Assembly (NCBI GenBank): GCA_965223325.1
Contig: CBDCWI010000001.1
Span: 1,344,001-1,408,000, forward strand
Origin: Candidatus Multivoradales bacterium
Lineage (GTDB): Bacteria; Acidobacteriota; Thermoanaerobaculia; Multivoradales; Multivoraceae
DNA: 64,000 nt
Direction: 5' to 3'
Position numbers and translations under genes: made by a program. Shown piece by piece: positions 9,894 through 20,490 of this stretch. Within the stretch, counting starts at the first letter, position 1, and each line of letters starts with the position of its first letter. The notes beneath the pieces were generated by a model that ran no database searches, was not told the origin of the DNA, and saw only the letters and a list, made by a program, of their open reading frames with translations.

Positions 9894-10766
9894 TCAGTCT
9901 TCGCCGAGTTGGACGAGGACGTTGGCCGACTCGGGGAGCACGTCGATGCGCGCACCGGAGGCCAGGAGCTTTTCGGTTTCCATGACCTCGAGCACCGCCT
10001 CGAGAATCTCGGGATCGTGCCCCTTGAGTTGGTTGAGGGTCCCGCCGACGATTGCCGGTCGTGACGCCGAAGCCTCGGCAAGTTTCTGCGACACCTTCTT
10101 GGCGGTCTCACTCTGGATCAGACCAACCCGGTTCTCACCGTCCTGGCGCATGGCGCTGGTGACCTGCACCAGGCGCTTGACGACCTTCTCGGTGATGTTC
10201 TCAACCATCGCACGGTCGGTAAACGCGACCTTGCGGATGTAGACCGAACCCAGCTTGTAGCCCCACTTCTCGCTCAGCGGCGAGACCGCGGCACGCACCG
10301 TGCGACTGAGGGAGTGTCGGTTCTCGAGCATCTCCTCCATCTCGAGGTTCGACAACGTCGAGATCGTCGAGCTCGACACGTTGGCCTGCAACGAACCGTC
10401 GGGATTGGCGTTCTTGAACAGGTATGACACCGGGTCGCTGACCCGCATCTCGTACCAGATGCCGACACCCATCGGAGTGCCCTCTTCCGAGTTGACCATC
10501 TGCGAACGCAGGTAGTGCTGGCGCAGCGCCGTTGATACTCGTTGACGACTGCCGAAGAAGGGAACGAGAAGCGCGCGCGGGCCGAAATTGCTCACGGGGA
10601 TGCGCAGTCCCGGCTCGTCGAGTACCCCGATGACCTTTCCGAACAGGGTGTAGACGTGCGCCTCACACTCACCGACGACGGCGTAGAGACCGAAGAAGCG
10701 CGCGAACGTCGTCATGACGGGAATGATCAAGAGGCCGAGAACGAACGCGATGGCTGGGAGAATCAT
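9894..10766 (-). CDS. SPFH/Band 7 family membrane protein
   Basis: N-terminal TM helix, LFGKV..VLDEPGL, YEMRVSDP; ATG 10766 overlaps the upstream stop (ATGA). Confidence 0.85.
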   Translation of the reverse strand: MILPAIAFVLGLLIIPVMTTFARFFGLYAVVGECEAHVYTLFGKVIGVLDEPGLRIPVSNFGPRALLVPFFGSRQRVSTALRQHYLRSQMVNSEEGTPMGVGIWYEMRVSDPVSYLFKNANPDGSLQANVSSSTISTLSNLEMEEMLENRHSLSRTVRAAVSPLSEKWGYKLGSVYIRKVAFTDRAMVENITEKVVKRLVQVTSAMRQDGENRVGLIQSETAKKVSQKLAEASASRPAIVGGTLNQLKGHDPEILEAVLEVMETEKLLASGARIDVLPESANVLVQLGED

Positions 10767-11755
10767 GCCCCGCCCTCCTGTTCGCCGCTCATCACCACGC
10801 GACGGGCACGCTCGAAAAGCGGCACCCTCAGGTTGCGACGGTAGGCAGACAGCGCCGCCGAGCCGCCCTCGGCCTTGATCTTCGAAAGGATCGACCCGAG
10901 CTCGCGCAGCGGCGCGACCTCGGCCTCGGCGTTGTTGCGAGCAATCTCGACTGCGCGCTCGCTCATGGTGATCTGCTGCTCGGCGTCGGCGCGCGCAGTC
11001 GAGATGTCGGCCGCCACCTGGTTGCGCGTCGAGTTGATCGCCGACAGCGCCCGATCGACTTCGGGCGGCGGATCGATCTCGGTGATCAAAGCAGCCTCGA
11101 GCTCGATCCCGTAGCGCCCCGACGTCGGCCGGCACTGCTGCTCCATGTAGTCGTTGATCAGCGGTAGGTTCTTGCGCAGGTCGTTGATCGAAACGCCCTC
11201 TGAAAGGTCGACCGCTACCTGACTGGCGCCATCGACGTCGCCGGTCTCGACCAGACTGGCGCCCCTCGGGTCCTCAAAGTTCGCGATGCGCTCACGAAGA
11301 ACAGAAACAAAGAAGCCCATGACGTGCTCGAGCGGGCTGGCCACTCCAAACAGGAAGGGATAGAGATTGTTCTCGCTGACGCGATAGCGCAGCTGGCCAT
11401 TGACACCGGTGGTCAGGTTGTCCTTGGTGACCGCCTCGATCGTGCTTTGGCGTTTCGTGGGGTCCCAGATGATGTCGACGGTCTGGGTGGCAGCCGAGAC
11501 CTTGTGCACCTTCTGCCAAGGCATTTTGAGGTACGGGCCCCCGGGACCGATCACCTTGAGGCGCGGGTAGCGATAACGCTCCTGCTCATCGTCGCTCAGG
11601 CTCGGATCGGGAGCCTCGAGGCCCGCGAGCCGCTCGGCGCGACCGAAGCTCGTGCGCACCGCCCGTTCGTCTGGCTTGACCGTGAAGAAGCCGCGGATGC
11701 CGATTCGCACGACGGCATAGATCGCCAGCCCGAGAAGAAATCCCAACAGAGTCAT
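10763..11755 (-). CDS. SPFH/Band 7 family membrane protein
   Basis: TM helix, FFTVKPDERAV..FG, GPGGPY..PWQ, VTKDN, ITEIDPP, Ala/Glu-rich coiled coil. Confidence 0.88.
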   Translation of the reverse strand: MTLLGFLLGLAIYAVVRIGIRGFFTVKPDERAVRTSFGRAERLAGLEAPDPSLSDDEQERYRYPRLKVIGPGGPYLKMPWQKVHKVSAATQTVDIIWDPTKRQSTIEAVTKDNLTTGVNGQLRYRVSENNLYPFLFGVASPLEHVMGFFVSVLRERIANFEDPRGASLVETGDVDGASQVAVDLSEGVSINDLRKNLPLINDYMEQQCRPTSGRYGIELEAALITEIDPPPEVDRALSAINSTRNQVAADISTARADAEQQITMSERAVEIARNNAEAEVAPLRELGSILSKIKAEGGSAALSAYRRNLRVPLFERARRVVMSGEQEGGA

Positions 11756-11874
11756 CGAAAGCCCCCCTTCTTGACCGCGCCGCGCCTCGAACGAAACCAG
11801 GCGCGCATGGCCCTAGCCTAGACCAGAAAACCAAGTTTTCCAGTAAGCACCCCTCTCCGGCTCGCGGGGGCTCC

Positions 11875-12939
11875 CTACTGGCCTGCGATCCTGTCGATCA
11901 GGAGAGCCTGGAACTCGGGAGCGGGGTCGGTGAGGTAGAGCACCGAGCGCTCAGAACCGTCCCCAGGCGCCGCTTCTTCAACCACCAGGAGCGGCTTCGT
12001 GACCCCGCTGCCGGGCTGGGTGTCGTCTGGACCTTCGGTGATCCTTGCAACTCCCTCGAAGCCCGAAAGCAGCTCGGGATGGGTCACCCAGGCAACCGCC
12101 AGGGTGTCGAAGGGGTTGAACCCCGGCGCGCCGAGGGTTGTCTGCCAGCGCTCGAGCCAGGTCGCTGTGTTCTCGGCCGCCCACTGCCCCACCGGACCGC
12201 GGCTTGCCAGCTCGGCAATCTCATCCGGCCCGATCCACACCTTGGAGGAGACCTCCCAGGGCGCCAACACCAGGCGCACGTCGCTGTCGAGCAGGACCTG
12301 CATCGCAACTGGATCGAGCTCGAAGTTGAAGTCGCGAAACGCGCGTGCGCCTTCTTCGATCTGGAAGCTCTGACCTGGACGACGCCCCGCCACGATGACG
12401 ATCGCCTCCAGGCGGTCATGCAGTTCGGGGTGGAGCATCAAGAGCGACGCGGCATTGGTCAGCGGCCCGACGGCGAGCAGGGTGAGTGGCTCCCGTTCGA
12501 GGGCCGTCGCCATCGCCCGCACCGCCTCGGTGTCTTCACCCAGCTGGTTGGCCGAGTGCGCGCCAGGGAACACTCCGATCGGCGTGCCGTCCGGCTGACG
12601 GGGCGCGAAGCGCTCTGTGACATCTCGAGCAATGGGTAGCGCGTTCTCGAACTCGGTGTTGCCGAACACCACGCTGATGCCGCGAATCGAGATCTCGGGT
12701 GAGTGGAAGGCCTGCAGCATCATGAGACCGTCGTCGACCTCGCGCTCCGGCAGGCCGATCGCCGGGTCGACATCGAGCCATACCGGTTTCGGCTCGACGT
12801 GCTCGGCTGCTTCTCGGTTTGTGTTTGTGCCATCGACTGCCTGGCCAGCCGGGCGTTCTGGTTCGAAACGACAAGCCACGCTCGCGCCGAGCACCGTAGT
12901 CACAACTGAGACGACCAATAGGGTGGGGATGGTCTTCAT
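11875..12939 (-). CDS. Inosine/uridine-preferring nucleoside hydrolase family, with signal or lipoprotein-like N-terminus
   Basis: WLDVDP...DD, VFGN, AVGPLTN, FNFELDP, PFD motifs. Confidence 0.88.
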   Translation of the reverse strand: MKTIPTLLVVSVVTTVLGASVACRFEPERPAGQAVDGTNTNREAAEHVEPKPVWLDVDPAIGLPEREVDDGLMMLQAFHSPEISIRGISVVFGNTEFENALPIARDVTERFAPRQPDGTPIGVFPGAHSANQLGEDTEAVRAMATALEREPLTLLAVGPLTNAASLLMLHPELHDRLEAIVIVAGRRPGQSFQIEEGARAFRDFNFELDPVAMQVLLDSDVRLVLAPWEVSSKVWIGPDEIAELASRGPVGQWAAENTATWLERWQTTLGAPGFNPFDTLAVAWVTHPELLSGFEGVARITEGPDDTQPGSGVTKPLLVVEEAAPGDGSERSVLYLTDPAPEFQALLIDRIAGQ

Positions 12940-14000
12940 GCCTTGAAAGCCTCCAGCGAGCCCGAGATGACAACCAGACGAGCACGCTCGAGCATCTCAG
13001 ACCGCCAGCCGCGGGTTGGGGCGATCGGAAGCTGCGCGACCCCGATCAGGCGACGAATGACTTCGACTCCGGCAAAGCGCGCCAGCAGTTCCTCGTCGAG
13101 GGGTCCGGCACTCACCGCGCGCGCGGCTGCCAGAAACGTCGCGGGGATGTCCCGGTCATGCCGCGCCAGCACCAGGTGCGCAACGGCCACCGCCAGGTCG
13201 AACTCCGCTGGGCCCAGGAACCCAAACTCGGGGTCGATGACCCGCAGACCACGGTCGGTGCGCAACCAGCTGCCCGGGTAGTAGTCGCCATGCAGCAGGC
13301 AGGGACCGTCGGCCAGATACTGCCGACCGACCAGGGCGAACTGCTCGGCGAGTTTCGGGTCGCCCTGCAGCCTACGCGCAGTCTCCTCGAGCCGAGGCTC
13401 GAAGGCGTCGAGCTCGAGGCCGTTGCCGGCATCGAGCGGCACGACAAAAAGGTGCTCATGATTGAGCTCACGCATCTCTCGGTTGGCGAGCAGCGCGCTG
13501 GCTCCCTCCAGACCACGGGTGCCGTGATGGAGGCGACCGATCCAGTCTCCCAGGGTCTCGGCCTCCGAAGCGAGCAGAACCTCATCGCCGTACAAAGAAG
13601 TCAGATCCCGCGCCACCCCGAGGTCTTCGAACAGAAGAACCCGTGCTCGATCATCGGAGCCGAGCAGCCGAGGCATGCTCGCAGCCACCGACGGCAATCC
13701 CCGAATGCGCTCGTAGAACGCCTTCTCGACCAACGCCCGGTCGAAGGGAGCTGGAATCGTCTTGTACTTCTCCACCCACGGGCGGGACTGCTTGAGCACC
13801 ACACTCTGTCGGTCGCTGACCAGGCGCAAGACGAGGTTCATGTTGCCCTCGCCGGCCCGTTCGACCGAGAGGAGGTTCTCGCCTTCGGCGAGCCAACCGG
13901 CCGCCCTCGCGAACTCTTCGATCTTCTGGGGCTCGCTCTGCCGCAACAGAAGCTCCTCCAGATCGACTTCCGGAGCTTCGAGGTTCGAAGCGTCGTTCAT
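12936..14000 (-). CDS. APH-family phosphotransferase, 5-methylthioribose kinase-like
   Basis: GEGNMNLV, VLKQSRPWV, LLHGD, VIDPEFGFLGP, RRLIGVAQ motifs resemble MtnK. Confidence 0.8.
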   Translation of the reverse strand: MNDASNLEAPEVDLEELLLRQSEPQKIEEFARAAGWLAEGENLLSVERAGEGNMNLVLRLVSDRQSVVLKQSRPWVEKYKTIPAPFDRALVEKAFYERIRGLPSVAASMPRLLGSDDRARVLLFEDLGVARDLTSLYGDEVLLASEAETLGDWIGRLHHGTRGLEGASALLANREMRELNHEHLFVVPLDAGNGLELDAFEPRLEETARRLQGDPKLAEQFALVGRQYLADGPCLLHGDYYPGSWLRTDRGLRVIDPEFGFLGPAEFDLAVAVAHLVLARHDRDIPATFLAAARAVSAGPLDEELLARFAGVEVIRRLIGVAQLPIAPTRGWRSEMLERARLVVISGSLEAFKA

Positions 14001-14225
14001 ATGCGATTCATCCTATTGTGAAACCTCGACCGTCGTGAACCGACCTGGCTGGCCGGATGGGTCGCCGCTCCTCAGGGTTCGTTGTCCGGGCACCGGCGGT
14101 TCTATTTGACGATTCACATCTGCGCCTGGTTCGGCCCTCCCCGCACCCTGCGGACAACGGCCATTCCCTCAACCGAAAGCGTTGCTATCCTGCCCCTCCC
14201 CATCCTCACCTGGAGCGGTCTTTCG

Positions 14226-14984
14226 ATGAGCCGAGCGCGATACATCGCGATGTGGTCCGGGCCGCGCAACATCTCGACTGCGATGATGCGCTCATTCGGA
14301 CAACGCGCAGACACCTTCGTCTGCGACGAGCCCCTCTACGCTCACTACCTGCTCGAAAACGGCCACGACCATCCCGGCCGAGCAGACATCCTCAGAGCCC
14401 AGGAGAGTGACGCGGTACGGGTCGTGGCATGGCTCACCGACGAGATCCCCGAAGGTCGCTCGGTCTTCTACCAGAAGCAGATGGCGCACCATCTCTTGCC
14501 CGACGTGCCACGCCAGTGGCTCGATCGGGTGACCAACGCCTTTCTCATTCGCGAGCCACGCGCCATGCTCGCCTCGCTCGACCGCATCCTGCCGGCGCCA
14601 GAGCTCCTCGATACGGGTCTACCGCAACAACTCGAGATCTTCGAGCGAGTGGAACGCCGCACCGGTTCGACCCCACCCGTCATCGACTCGCGTGACGTGT
14701 TGATGGACCCGCCAGCGATGTTGCGGGCTCTGTGTGAGCGTCTCGGGCTCGAGTTCGAGGAGGCCATGTTGTCGTGGCCACCCGGGCGGCGCGAGACCGA
14801 CGGCGTCTGGGCGCCGCATTGGTATGACGCGGTCGAAGAATCGACCGGCTTTGCACCCTGGCAGCCGCAAGAGGTCGAGCTTCCCGCACGGCTGGAGGCC
14901 GTTCTCCGCGACTGCCAACCGATCTACGACCGCCTGTCGCAATTCAAGCTCACCGTCAGCAACCGCGCCAGGACGGCCAGCTGA
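14226..14984 (+). CDS. Sulfotransferase-like P-loop domain protein (type often linked to branched-chain aminotransferases)
   Basis: IAMWSGPRNISTAMMRSF, DEPLYAHYL, FLIREP, WAPHWY..V..STGF. Confidence 0.82.
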   Translation: MSRARYIAMWSGPRNISTAMMRSFGQRADTFVCDEPLYAHYLLENGHDHPGRADILRAQESDAVRVVAWLTDEIPEGRSVFYQKQMAHHLLPDVPRQWLDRVTNAFLIREPRAMLASLDRILPAPELLDTGLPQQLEIFERVERRTGSTPPVIDSRDVLMDPPAMLRALCERLGLEFEEAMLSWPPGRRETDGVWAPHWYDAVEESTGFAPWQPQEVELPARLEAVLRDCQPIYDRLSQFKLTVSNRARTAS

Positions 14985-15026
14985 ACCCTCCTTCGCCAGC
15001 GGAACGACCACAGAACGGAGCTCCCG

Positions 15027-17057
15027 ATGAAGTCTCGCATCCACCTGTCCACACTCCTAGCATTCTCCATTGTTCTTCCGGGCTCGCTCCTCCTCGCACA
15101 AGCAGGTGCCCCGGGCGGTGAATGGCCCACCTATCACGGCGACCTCGGCGCCACCCAGTACTCGGCCCTCGACCAGATCGACGCGTCGAACTTCGATGAG
15201 CTCGAGGTCGCGTGGACCTGGACACCTCCCGACGGCGCAGTCGCCGAGGGCAAACGGGCGCTGACAACTTTCGGCTACAAGTCGACGCCGCTGGTGGTCG
15301 ACGGCCGCATGTACATCAACACGTCGCTGGGTTTCGTCGTCGCGCTCGATCCGGTGACTGGAAAGGAACACTGGGCCTACGACACCAAGGCCTACGAAGC
15401 CGGGCGGCCCACCAACCTCGGTTTCAACAGCCGCGGGGTTGGCTACTGGACCGACGGCAAGCAAGAGCGGGTCTTTCACCCCGGCAACGACGGTTACCTC
15501 TGGGCGATCGACGCGCAAACCGGCGAACCCGTCGGCGGCTTCGGGACCAACGGCAAGGTCGACCTCATCGCCACCTACCGTCGCGAGGTGCCGCGTCGCC
15601 TGGTGACCTTCATGTCGTCACCTCTCGTGGTGGGCAACGTCGTAGTGGTGGGCTCGTCGATCTCCGACGGCCCAACCCGCAAAGAAATGCCACCCGGTGA
15701 CGTGCGCGGCTACGACACGCGCACCGGCAACCTCGTATGGACCTTCCACAACCCGCCCGCTCGAGGAGAAGTCGGCTACGACACCTGGGAAGACGGTTCT
15801 GCCGAGTACACCGGCAATGCCAACGTTTGGACCAACATGTCGGCCGACGCGGACGCCGGCCTGATCTACCTACCCTTCGGCACGCCCACCAACGACTGGT
15901 ACGGCGGCCATCGCAAAGGCGACAACCTGTTTGCCGAGTCGATCGTGTGTATCAAGGCAGCCACCGGCGAGTACGTCTGGCACTTCCAGCTCGTCCACCA
16001 CGGCCTCTGGGACTACGACATTCCGGCCGCCCCGACCCTTCTCGACGTCGAAATCGACGGCAAGCCGCGCAAGATCGTTGCAGTGGTCTCCAAGCAGGGC
16101 TTCAACTACGTCTTCGATCGCCTGACCGGTGAGCCGGTCTGGCCAATCGAAGAACGCCCGGTCCCTCAGAGTCGCGTACCGGGTGAACAAACTTCAGCGA
16201 CCCAGCCTTTCCCGACCAAACCGCCGGCGTTCGAGTCTCAGGGCATCAGCGATGACACCGTCATCGACTTCACCCCCGAGATGCGCGCCGCGGCCATGGA
16301 GACCCTCTCGCACTACGAGTACGGGCCGATCTTCACTCCGCCAATCGTCGCCGGCTCAGAAAAGAACGGCAAGAAACTAAACGGTACCGTGCAGCATCCG
16401 GGCTGGGCGGGTGGCGCCAACTGGTGGGGCGCAGCGGTCGACCCAGAAAACGGCCGGCTCTATGTGCCGTCGTTCTCGAGCCCGATCGTCGTCGCATTAG
16501 ACAAGCCCGATCCGGCGCGCTCGAACTTCAACTACGTGCGTGGGCAACCCGGCCAGGAAGGGATGCCCGAGGGGCATACCGCAACCCGCGGCTCGATCCC
16601 CGGCCCGCACGGCCTGCCGATCATCAAACCACCCTACGGGCGCATCACCGCCTACGAAATGTCCAAGGGTGAGATTCTCTGGCAAGTTCCTCACGGCGAA
16701 GGGATCCGCCAGAAGATCATCGACCTCGGAGCACCCGACCCCGGCCCCGTCGGTAGCAACAGTGGCAGCGGCCCGCTGCTCACCGAAACACTCCTGATCG
16801 TTGGCAAAGGCGCCGGCGGACGCGGTGCCCGCAGCGGCAGCGGCGACCAATCGCAGCTCTTCGCCTACGACAAGGCGAGCGGCGAGCTCATCGCAACTCT
16901 CGACATCGACGCGCCGCCAACCGGAACGCCGATGACCTACATGGCCAATGGCCGGCAGTACATCGCCTTCGCCGTCGGCGGCTTGAACGCCGCCAAGCTG
17001 GTGGCGGTGGCGCTACCGGCGAGCGAGGGCGAAACGCCGGGAGCAGGCGGGCCCTAG
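15027..17057 (+). CDS. Exported PQQ-dependent glucose-dehydrogenase-like quinoprotein
   Basis: Signal peptide; WPTYHGD...YSALDQI, STPL, RGVGYW, WHFQLVHHGLWDYD, GGANW, PPYG, TPMTY...GRQY. Confidence 0.92.
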   Translation: MKSRIHLSTLLAFSIVLPGSLLLAQAGAPGGEWPTYHGDLGATQYSALDQIDASNFDELEVAWTWTPPDGAVAEGKRALTTFGYKSTPLVVDGRMYINTSLGFVVALDPVTGKEHWAYDTKAYEAGRPTNLGFNSRGVGYWTDGKQERVFHPGNDGYLWAIDAQTGEPVGGFGTNGKVDLIATYRREVPRRLVTFMSSPLVVGNVVVVGSSISDGPTRKEMPPGDVRGYDTRTGNLVWTFHNPPARGEVGYDTWEDGSAEYTGNANVWTNMSADADAGLIYLPFGTPTNDWYGGHRKGDNLFAESIVCIKAATGEYVWHFQLVHHGLWDYDIPAAPTLLDVEIDGKPRKIVAVVSKQGFNYVFDRLTGEPVWPIEERPVPQSRVPGEQTSATQPFPTKPPAFESQGISDDTVIDFTPEMRAAAMETLSHYEYGPIFTPPIVAGSEKNGKKLNGTVQHPGWAGGANWWGAAVDPENGRLYVPSFSSPIVVALDKPDPARSNFNYVRGQPGQEGMPEGHTATRGSIPGPHGLPIIKPPYGRITAYEMSKGEILWQVPHGEGIRQKIIDLGAPDPGPVGSNSGSGPLLTETLLIVGKGAGGRGARSGSGDQSQLFAYDKASGELIATLDIDAPPTGTPMTYMANGRQYIAFAVGGLNAAKLVAVALPASEGETPGAGGP

Positions 17058-17150
17058 TGCCCCGTAGCCCGAGGGCGCAGATCTTGCGCTCCCGCCCCGA
17101 GGTCAGGCGACGGCCCGCAAAGCCGGCAGCGCAGCGTTAAGCTTCCCGTC

Positions 17151-17699
17151 ATGAAGAACACGCACTCGCCCACGCTCCGCCCGGCCCCGCGGGCCCCGCT
17201 TTCCTCGCTCGCCTGCTGCCTCCTGGCGCTCGCCCTCGCGGGCTGCTCGAGCTGGACGCTCACGCCGCCCGCCTTGACGCTTGCCAACCTCGAGGTCGTC
17301 GAGATCACTGCCCTCGAAACAACGACACGATTGGCGGTGCGGATCGCCAACGAGAACGATGAACCGCTCTACATCACCGGCGGCGTTTTCAACCTCAGCC
17401 TCGGCGGGATTCGGGTTGGCAAAGCCCTCTCCAATGAGGCCGTTGAGGTGCCACCACTCGAGTCGGTGGTGCAGGAGGTCGATCTGTTCCTCAACAACAT
17501 CGCCCTCGCGACCCGACTCGCCCCGATCATGAATCGCGGAGAGGTCGACTGGCGGTTGCAGAGCAAGGTCTACCTCGATGGCCCTCTCATGGGGCGGCGC
17601 AGCCTCAAGGTCACCAATCAGGGTTCGTACGTCTTGCCGGAGTCTTGGCAGGATTCTCTGAGCCAGCTCGACAGCGCGGCAACCCAGCCTGAGGTCTAG
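17151..17699 (+). CDS. LEA type 2 (WHy domain) lipoprotein
   Basis: Lipobox LAGC, VRIANEN..PL.I.G....L.L.G. Confidence 0.78.
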   Translation: MKNTHSPTLRPAPRAPLSSLACCLLALALAGCSSWTLTPPALTLANLEVVEITALETTTRLAVRIANENDEPLYITGGVFNLSLGGIRVGKALSNEAVEVPPLESVVQEVDLFLNNIALATRLAPIMNRGEVDWRLQSKVYLDGPLMGRRSLKVTNQGSYVLPESWQDSLSQLDSAATQPEV

Positions 17700-17720
17700 G
17701 ACAGGGCAGCTGGTTTCAGA

Positions 17721-18653
17721 GTGATCGACCTGATCAATCTCGACGTTCCCGCACTCGAGCTCCGCTTCGTCGTCGAGTGTTCGCACTGCGGGCTCCAGTT
17801 CGCGTCGTCAGAGCGCTCGCCGGGTGACCGACTCCACTGTGCCTGCGGTCTGGTGCTCGAGGTTCCCGAGCTCGATGCACACGATGAGGCGGTGGTCTTC
17901 TGTAGTAGTTGCGGAACCGAGCGCGCGCCGGGGGCCGAGTTCTGCTCCGAGTGCACCCAGGTACTCCAGACCGATCGGCAGCTGATGCACACCATCTGCC
18001 CGGATTGCGCGACGCGTATCCGAGACGATGCGCGCTTCTGTCATTCCTGCGCCAAGAGCATCGACATCGCGCGAGAAACGCTGTCTGTGTCACCCTTCCA
18101 GTGCGTCGACTGCCAACCCCCGGTTCAGTTGCTCGAACGCACGATCTTTCCCGGCTGGAAGCCGCGCGGCGAACGGGTCGCAGGCGTGACGCGTCGGCAG
18201 GAAAGAGGCGTCACCTTCAGCGAGTGTCGGCAATGTGTCGGCCTGTGGTTCGAGAAGGAGCCATTCCGACGTCTGGAAGAACAGGCGGCCCGAGCGGAGA
18301 AGGTTGCCGGTGAACCGCCAGCACCACCAGCTGGGGCCGAACAAAAACCTCGCCGCAGCTGCCCGCGCTGCAACGACGAGCTCAACCGCTCGACCTACGA
18401 CAACTCGAGCGGAGTCGAGTTCGACATCTGTGCCCGCCATGGCCTGTGGCTCGATGAAGGTGAACTGGCCGGCATCATTCACTGGATCCAGTCGCGACCG
18501 CGCGGTTGGCAACGGATGGGCGAGCGCCCCGCCCGTCGCCAGGAATCGCGCAACCGCACGCCGCCCGACCTCGGAAACATGGTCGACAGCGAGCTGGCCA
18601 TCGACGTCTTGTTTGGGGCACTCGAGTTGCTCGTCGAGTTTCTCGACGACTGA
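17721..18653 (+). CDS. Multi zinc-ribbon protein (double zinc ribbon + zf-TFIIB-like)
   Basis: Many CxxC pairs; CRQCVGLWF and CPRC...DICARHGLWLDEGEL. Confidence 0.75.
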   Translation: MIDLINLDVPALELRFVVECSHCGLQFASSERSPGDRLHCACGLVLEVPELDAHDEAVVFCSSCGTERAPGAEFCSECTQVLQTDRQLMHTICPDCATRIRDDARFCHSCAKSIDIARETLSVSPFQCVDCQPPVQLLERTIFPGWKPRGERVAGVTRRQERGVTFSECRQCVGLWFEKEPFRRLEEQAARAEKVAGEPPAPPAGAEQKPRRSCPRCNDELNRSTYDNSSGVEFDICARHGLWLDEGELAGIIHWIQSRPRGWQRMGERPARRQESRNRTPPDLGNMVDSELAIDVLFGALELLVEFLDD

Positions 18654-18678
18654 CGACTCGGCGAGGAAAGGACCCTGA

Positions 18679-19554
18679 TCAGGTCGCGACTTGCCGGGGC
18701 TCGATGATCGCCGTGTGGCGGACCCTCGCCCGCACGACATCGCTTGCGGCAGGATCGTTCAGGGAGATGAGAGCACCATCGATCTCAACCGTCTTGTGGC
18801 CTGACCGCTCATAGGCTCGAGCGATCTTGCAGCGCAGCTCGAGCGCCTCGCTGCGAGGTGGAATGCCATAGAGCTGCAGCTCGCTGGCGGCGTGAATCCA
18901 GGGGCCCATCTTGACCGTCGACACCAGGGCTTCGTTCGCCATCGCCAGGATCTCGGCGGGGTGAAGCGCTGCTTCTTCGCCTTGCCAGATGGGCGACGTG
19001 TCTCGGTAGCGGTTGGCGATCTCCAGGAGGCCGTCATCATCGCGCGGCGCGAGCGGCACCATGGCAAGCACGGTTCCTACGGGGAGAGCCGCGAGCGAAG
19101 CCGGAGGGCGCTCGCCGCGCTCCGGCGCAGGCTGGCTGGGGAAACTCGATGGCTCCGGTGGCTCGGGGACTGCCTGAACTTCCGGAACCCACGCGGCCCC
19201 TTCGGCACACAGACCACGGGGGGTGTGCAGCTCCAGAGCGAGCTCGCACGTAACCGGCGCGTTTCCCGGCGCGACGCGCTCGCTGGCGGGTACAGCGACC
19301 GCCTGGACCTCCTCGCCGTCGTAGACCGGGGCCTTGAAGCGGGCCTTCATCGCCCCTCTTTGGAGCCACTCGGCGCCCAGTCGGTCCGCCACCGGGCGTA
19401 CCATGTACGCGAAGTCGGCAACCCCTGGCACCAGTCCACCGGAGAAACCAAAGCGCCGCGCGGTCAGATCGTCATGGATCTTGTTCTCCGAGTCGTGGGC
19501 GTAGTTGAAGGCGAGAACGGAGTAGCGGGTTTCTTGCAGATCTTCGACTGACAT
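18679..19554 (-). CDS. Double hotdog-fold (MaoC-like) protein
   Basis: SENKIHDD..ARRFGFSGGLVPG, RFKAPVYDGE, PWIHAAS. Start at ATG 19554 (uncertain). Confidence 0.72.
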   Translation of the reverse strand: MSVEDLQETRYSVLAFNYAHDSENKIHDDLTARRFGFSGGLVPGVADFAYMVRPVADRLGAEWLQRGAMKARFKAPVYDGEEVQAVAVPASERVAPGNAPVTCELALELHTPRGLCAEGAAWVPEVQAVPEPPEPSSFPSQPAPERGERPPASLAALPVGTVLAMVPLAPRDDDGLLEIANRYRDTSPIWQGEEAALHPAEILAMANEALVSTVKMGPWIHAASELQLYGIPPRSEALELRCKIARAYERSGHKTVEIDGALISLNDPAASDVVRARVRHTAIIEPRQVAT

Positions 19555-19658
19555 CGTGACGTTCCTTTTTGCCGGCTGGCGGGAGAAGCCCGCGGTAGAG
19601 CCCATGCTAGCTTCCCTAAGATCAGTCAAACTTCACCACCGCACCAGGGAGCTCCGCC

Positions 19659-20480
19659 ATGCGTAGTGGCAGCCGGTTCGCGCTTTTCTTCTTTGTCGCA
19701 GCACTCCTGTCCTACCCTCCCCCCGTCGCAGCCGACGACCTGCGGGTGCTCTTTCTCTCGAAGTCGGCCGGTTTCGAGCACTCGGTCGTTCGCCGCACAG
19801 GGGGCGAGCCGAGTCACGCGGACCGGGTCCTGGCCGAAATCGCCGAGCGAGAAGGCTGGGAGCTCACCACCACCAAAGACGCCAGCCTGATCAACGCCGA
19901 GGATCTGGCGAAGTACGACGTCGTCATCTTCATGACCACCGGCGATCTGACCGCCACGAACGAGCACCGCGGAATCATCGGCGGCGAAGGTTCGCCGACG
20001 ATGCCCGCCAATGGTGTCGCCGACCTGACGGCGTGGGTCGAGGCCGGCGGTGGCTTCGTTGGTTTCCACTGTGCCACCGATACCTTCCACGGCGCGGACG
20101 GCGAGGTGTCGCCATACATCGCGCTCATCGGTGGCGAGTTCAAGACCCACGGCGCTCAGTTCGAGGGCACCGTTTCAAGGGCCGCACCCGAACACCCGGT
20201 CGCGGCTTCGTTCCCGGAGAAGTGGAAGATCAAGGACGAGTGGTACGTACTCACCAACATCAGCCCCGATGTCGAAGTGATCGCCGAGCTTCTCCCGGGT
20301 CCCGCGCGCGAGGCACAAAAGAAGATCTACGACTTCGAGTCGCAAGCCATCGCCTGGACGATCGAGCGGGGCGAGGGGCGGGTCTACTACAACGCCATGG
20401 GGCACCGTGAAGACGTCTGGTCGAACGCCACCTTCCAGCGAACCGTCGTTGACGCCATCAACTGGGGGGCCGGCAATTGA
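19659..20480 (+). CDS. ThuA domain-containing exported protein
   Basis: Signal peptide; VLFLSKSAGFEH, GGGFVGFHCATD, DEWY, GRVYYNAMGH. Confidence 0.9.
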   Translation: MRSGSRFALFFFVAALLSYPPPVAADDLRVLFLSKSAGFEHSVVRRTGGEPSHADRVLAEIAEREGWELTTTKDASLINAEDLAKYDVVIFMTTGDLTATNEHRGIIGGEGSPTMPANGVADLTAWVEAGGGFVGFHCATDTFHGADGEVSPYIALIGGEFKTHGAQFEGTVSRAAPEHPVAASFPEKWKIKDEWYVLTNISPDVEVIAELLPGPAREAQKKIYDFESQAIAWTIERGEGRVYYNAMGHREDVWSNATFQRTVVDAINWGAGN

Positions 20481-20490
20481 ACCCTAGGGC

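Noticed and set aside
9633-10242. Small + strand ORFs containing GGDP/RVG repeats
   Set aside because: They only translate the intergenic 12-bp repeat and the antisense of the SPFH gene.
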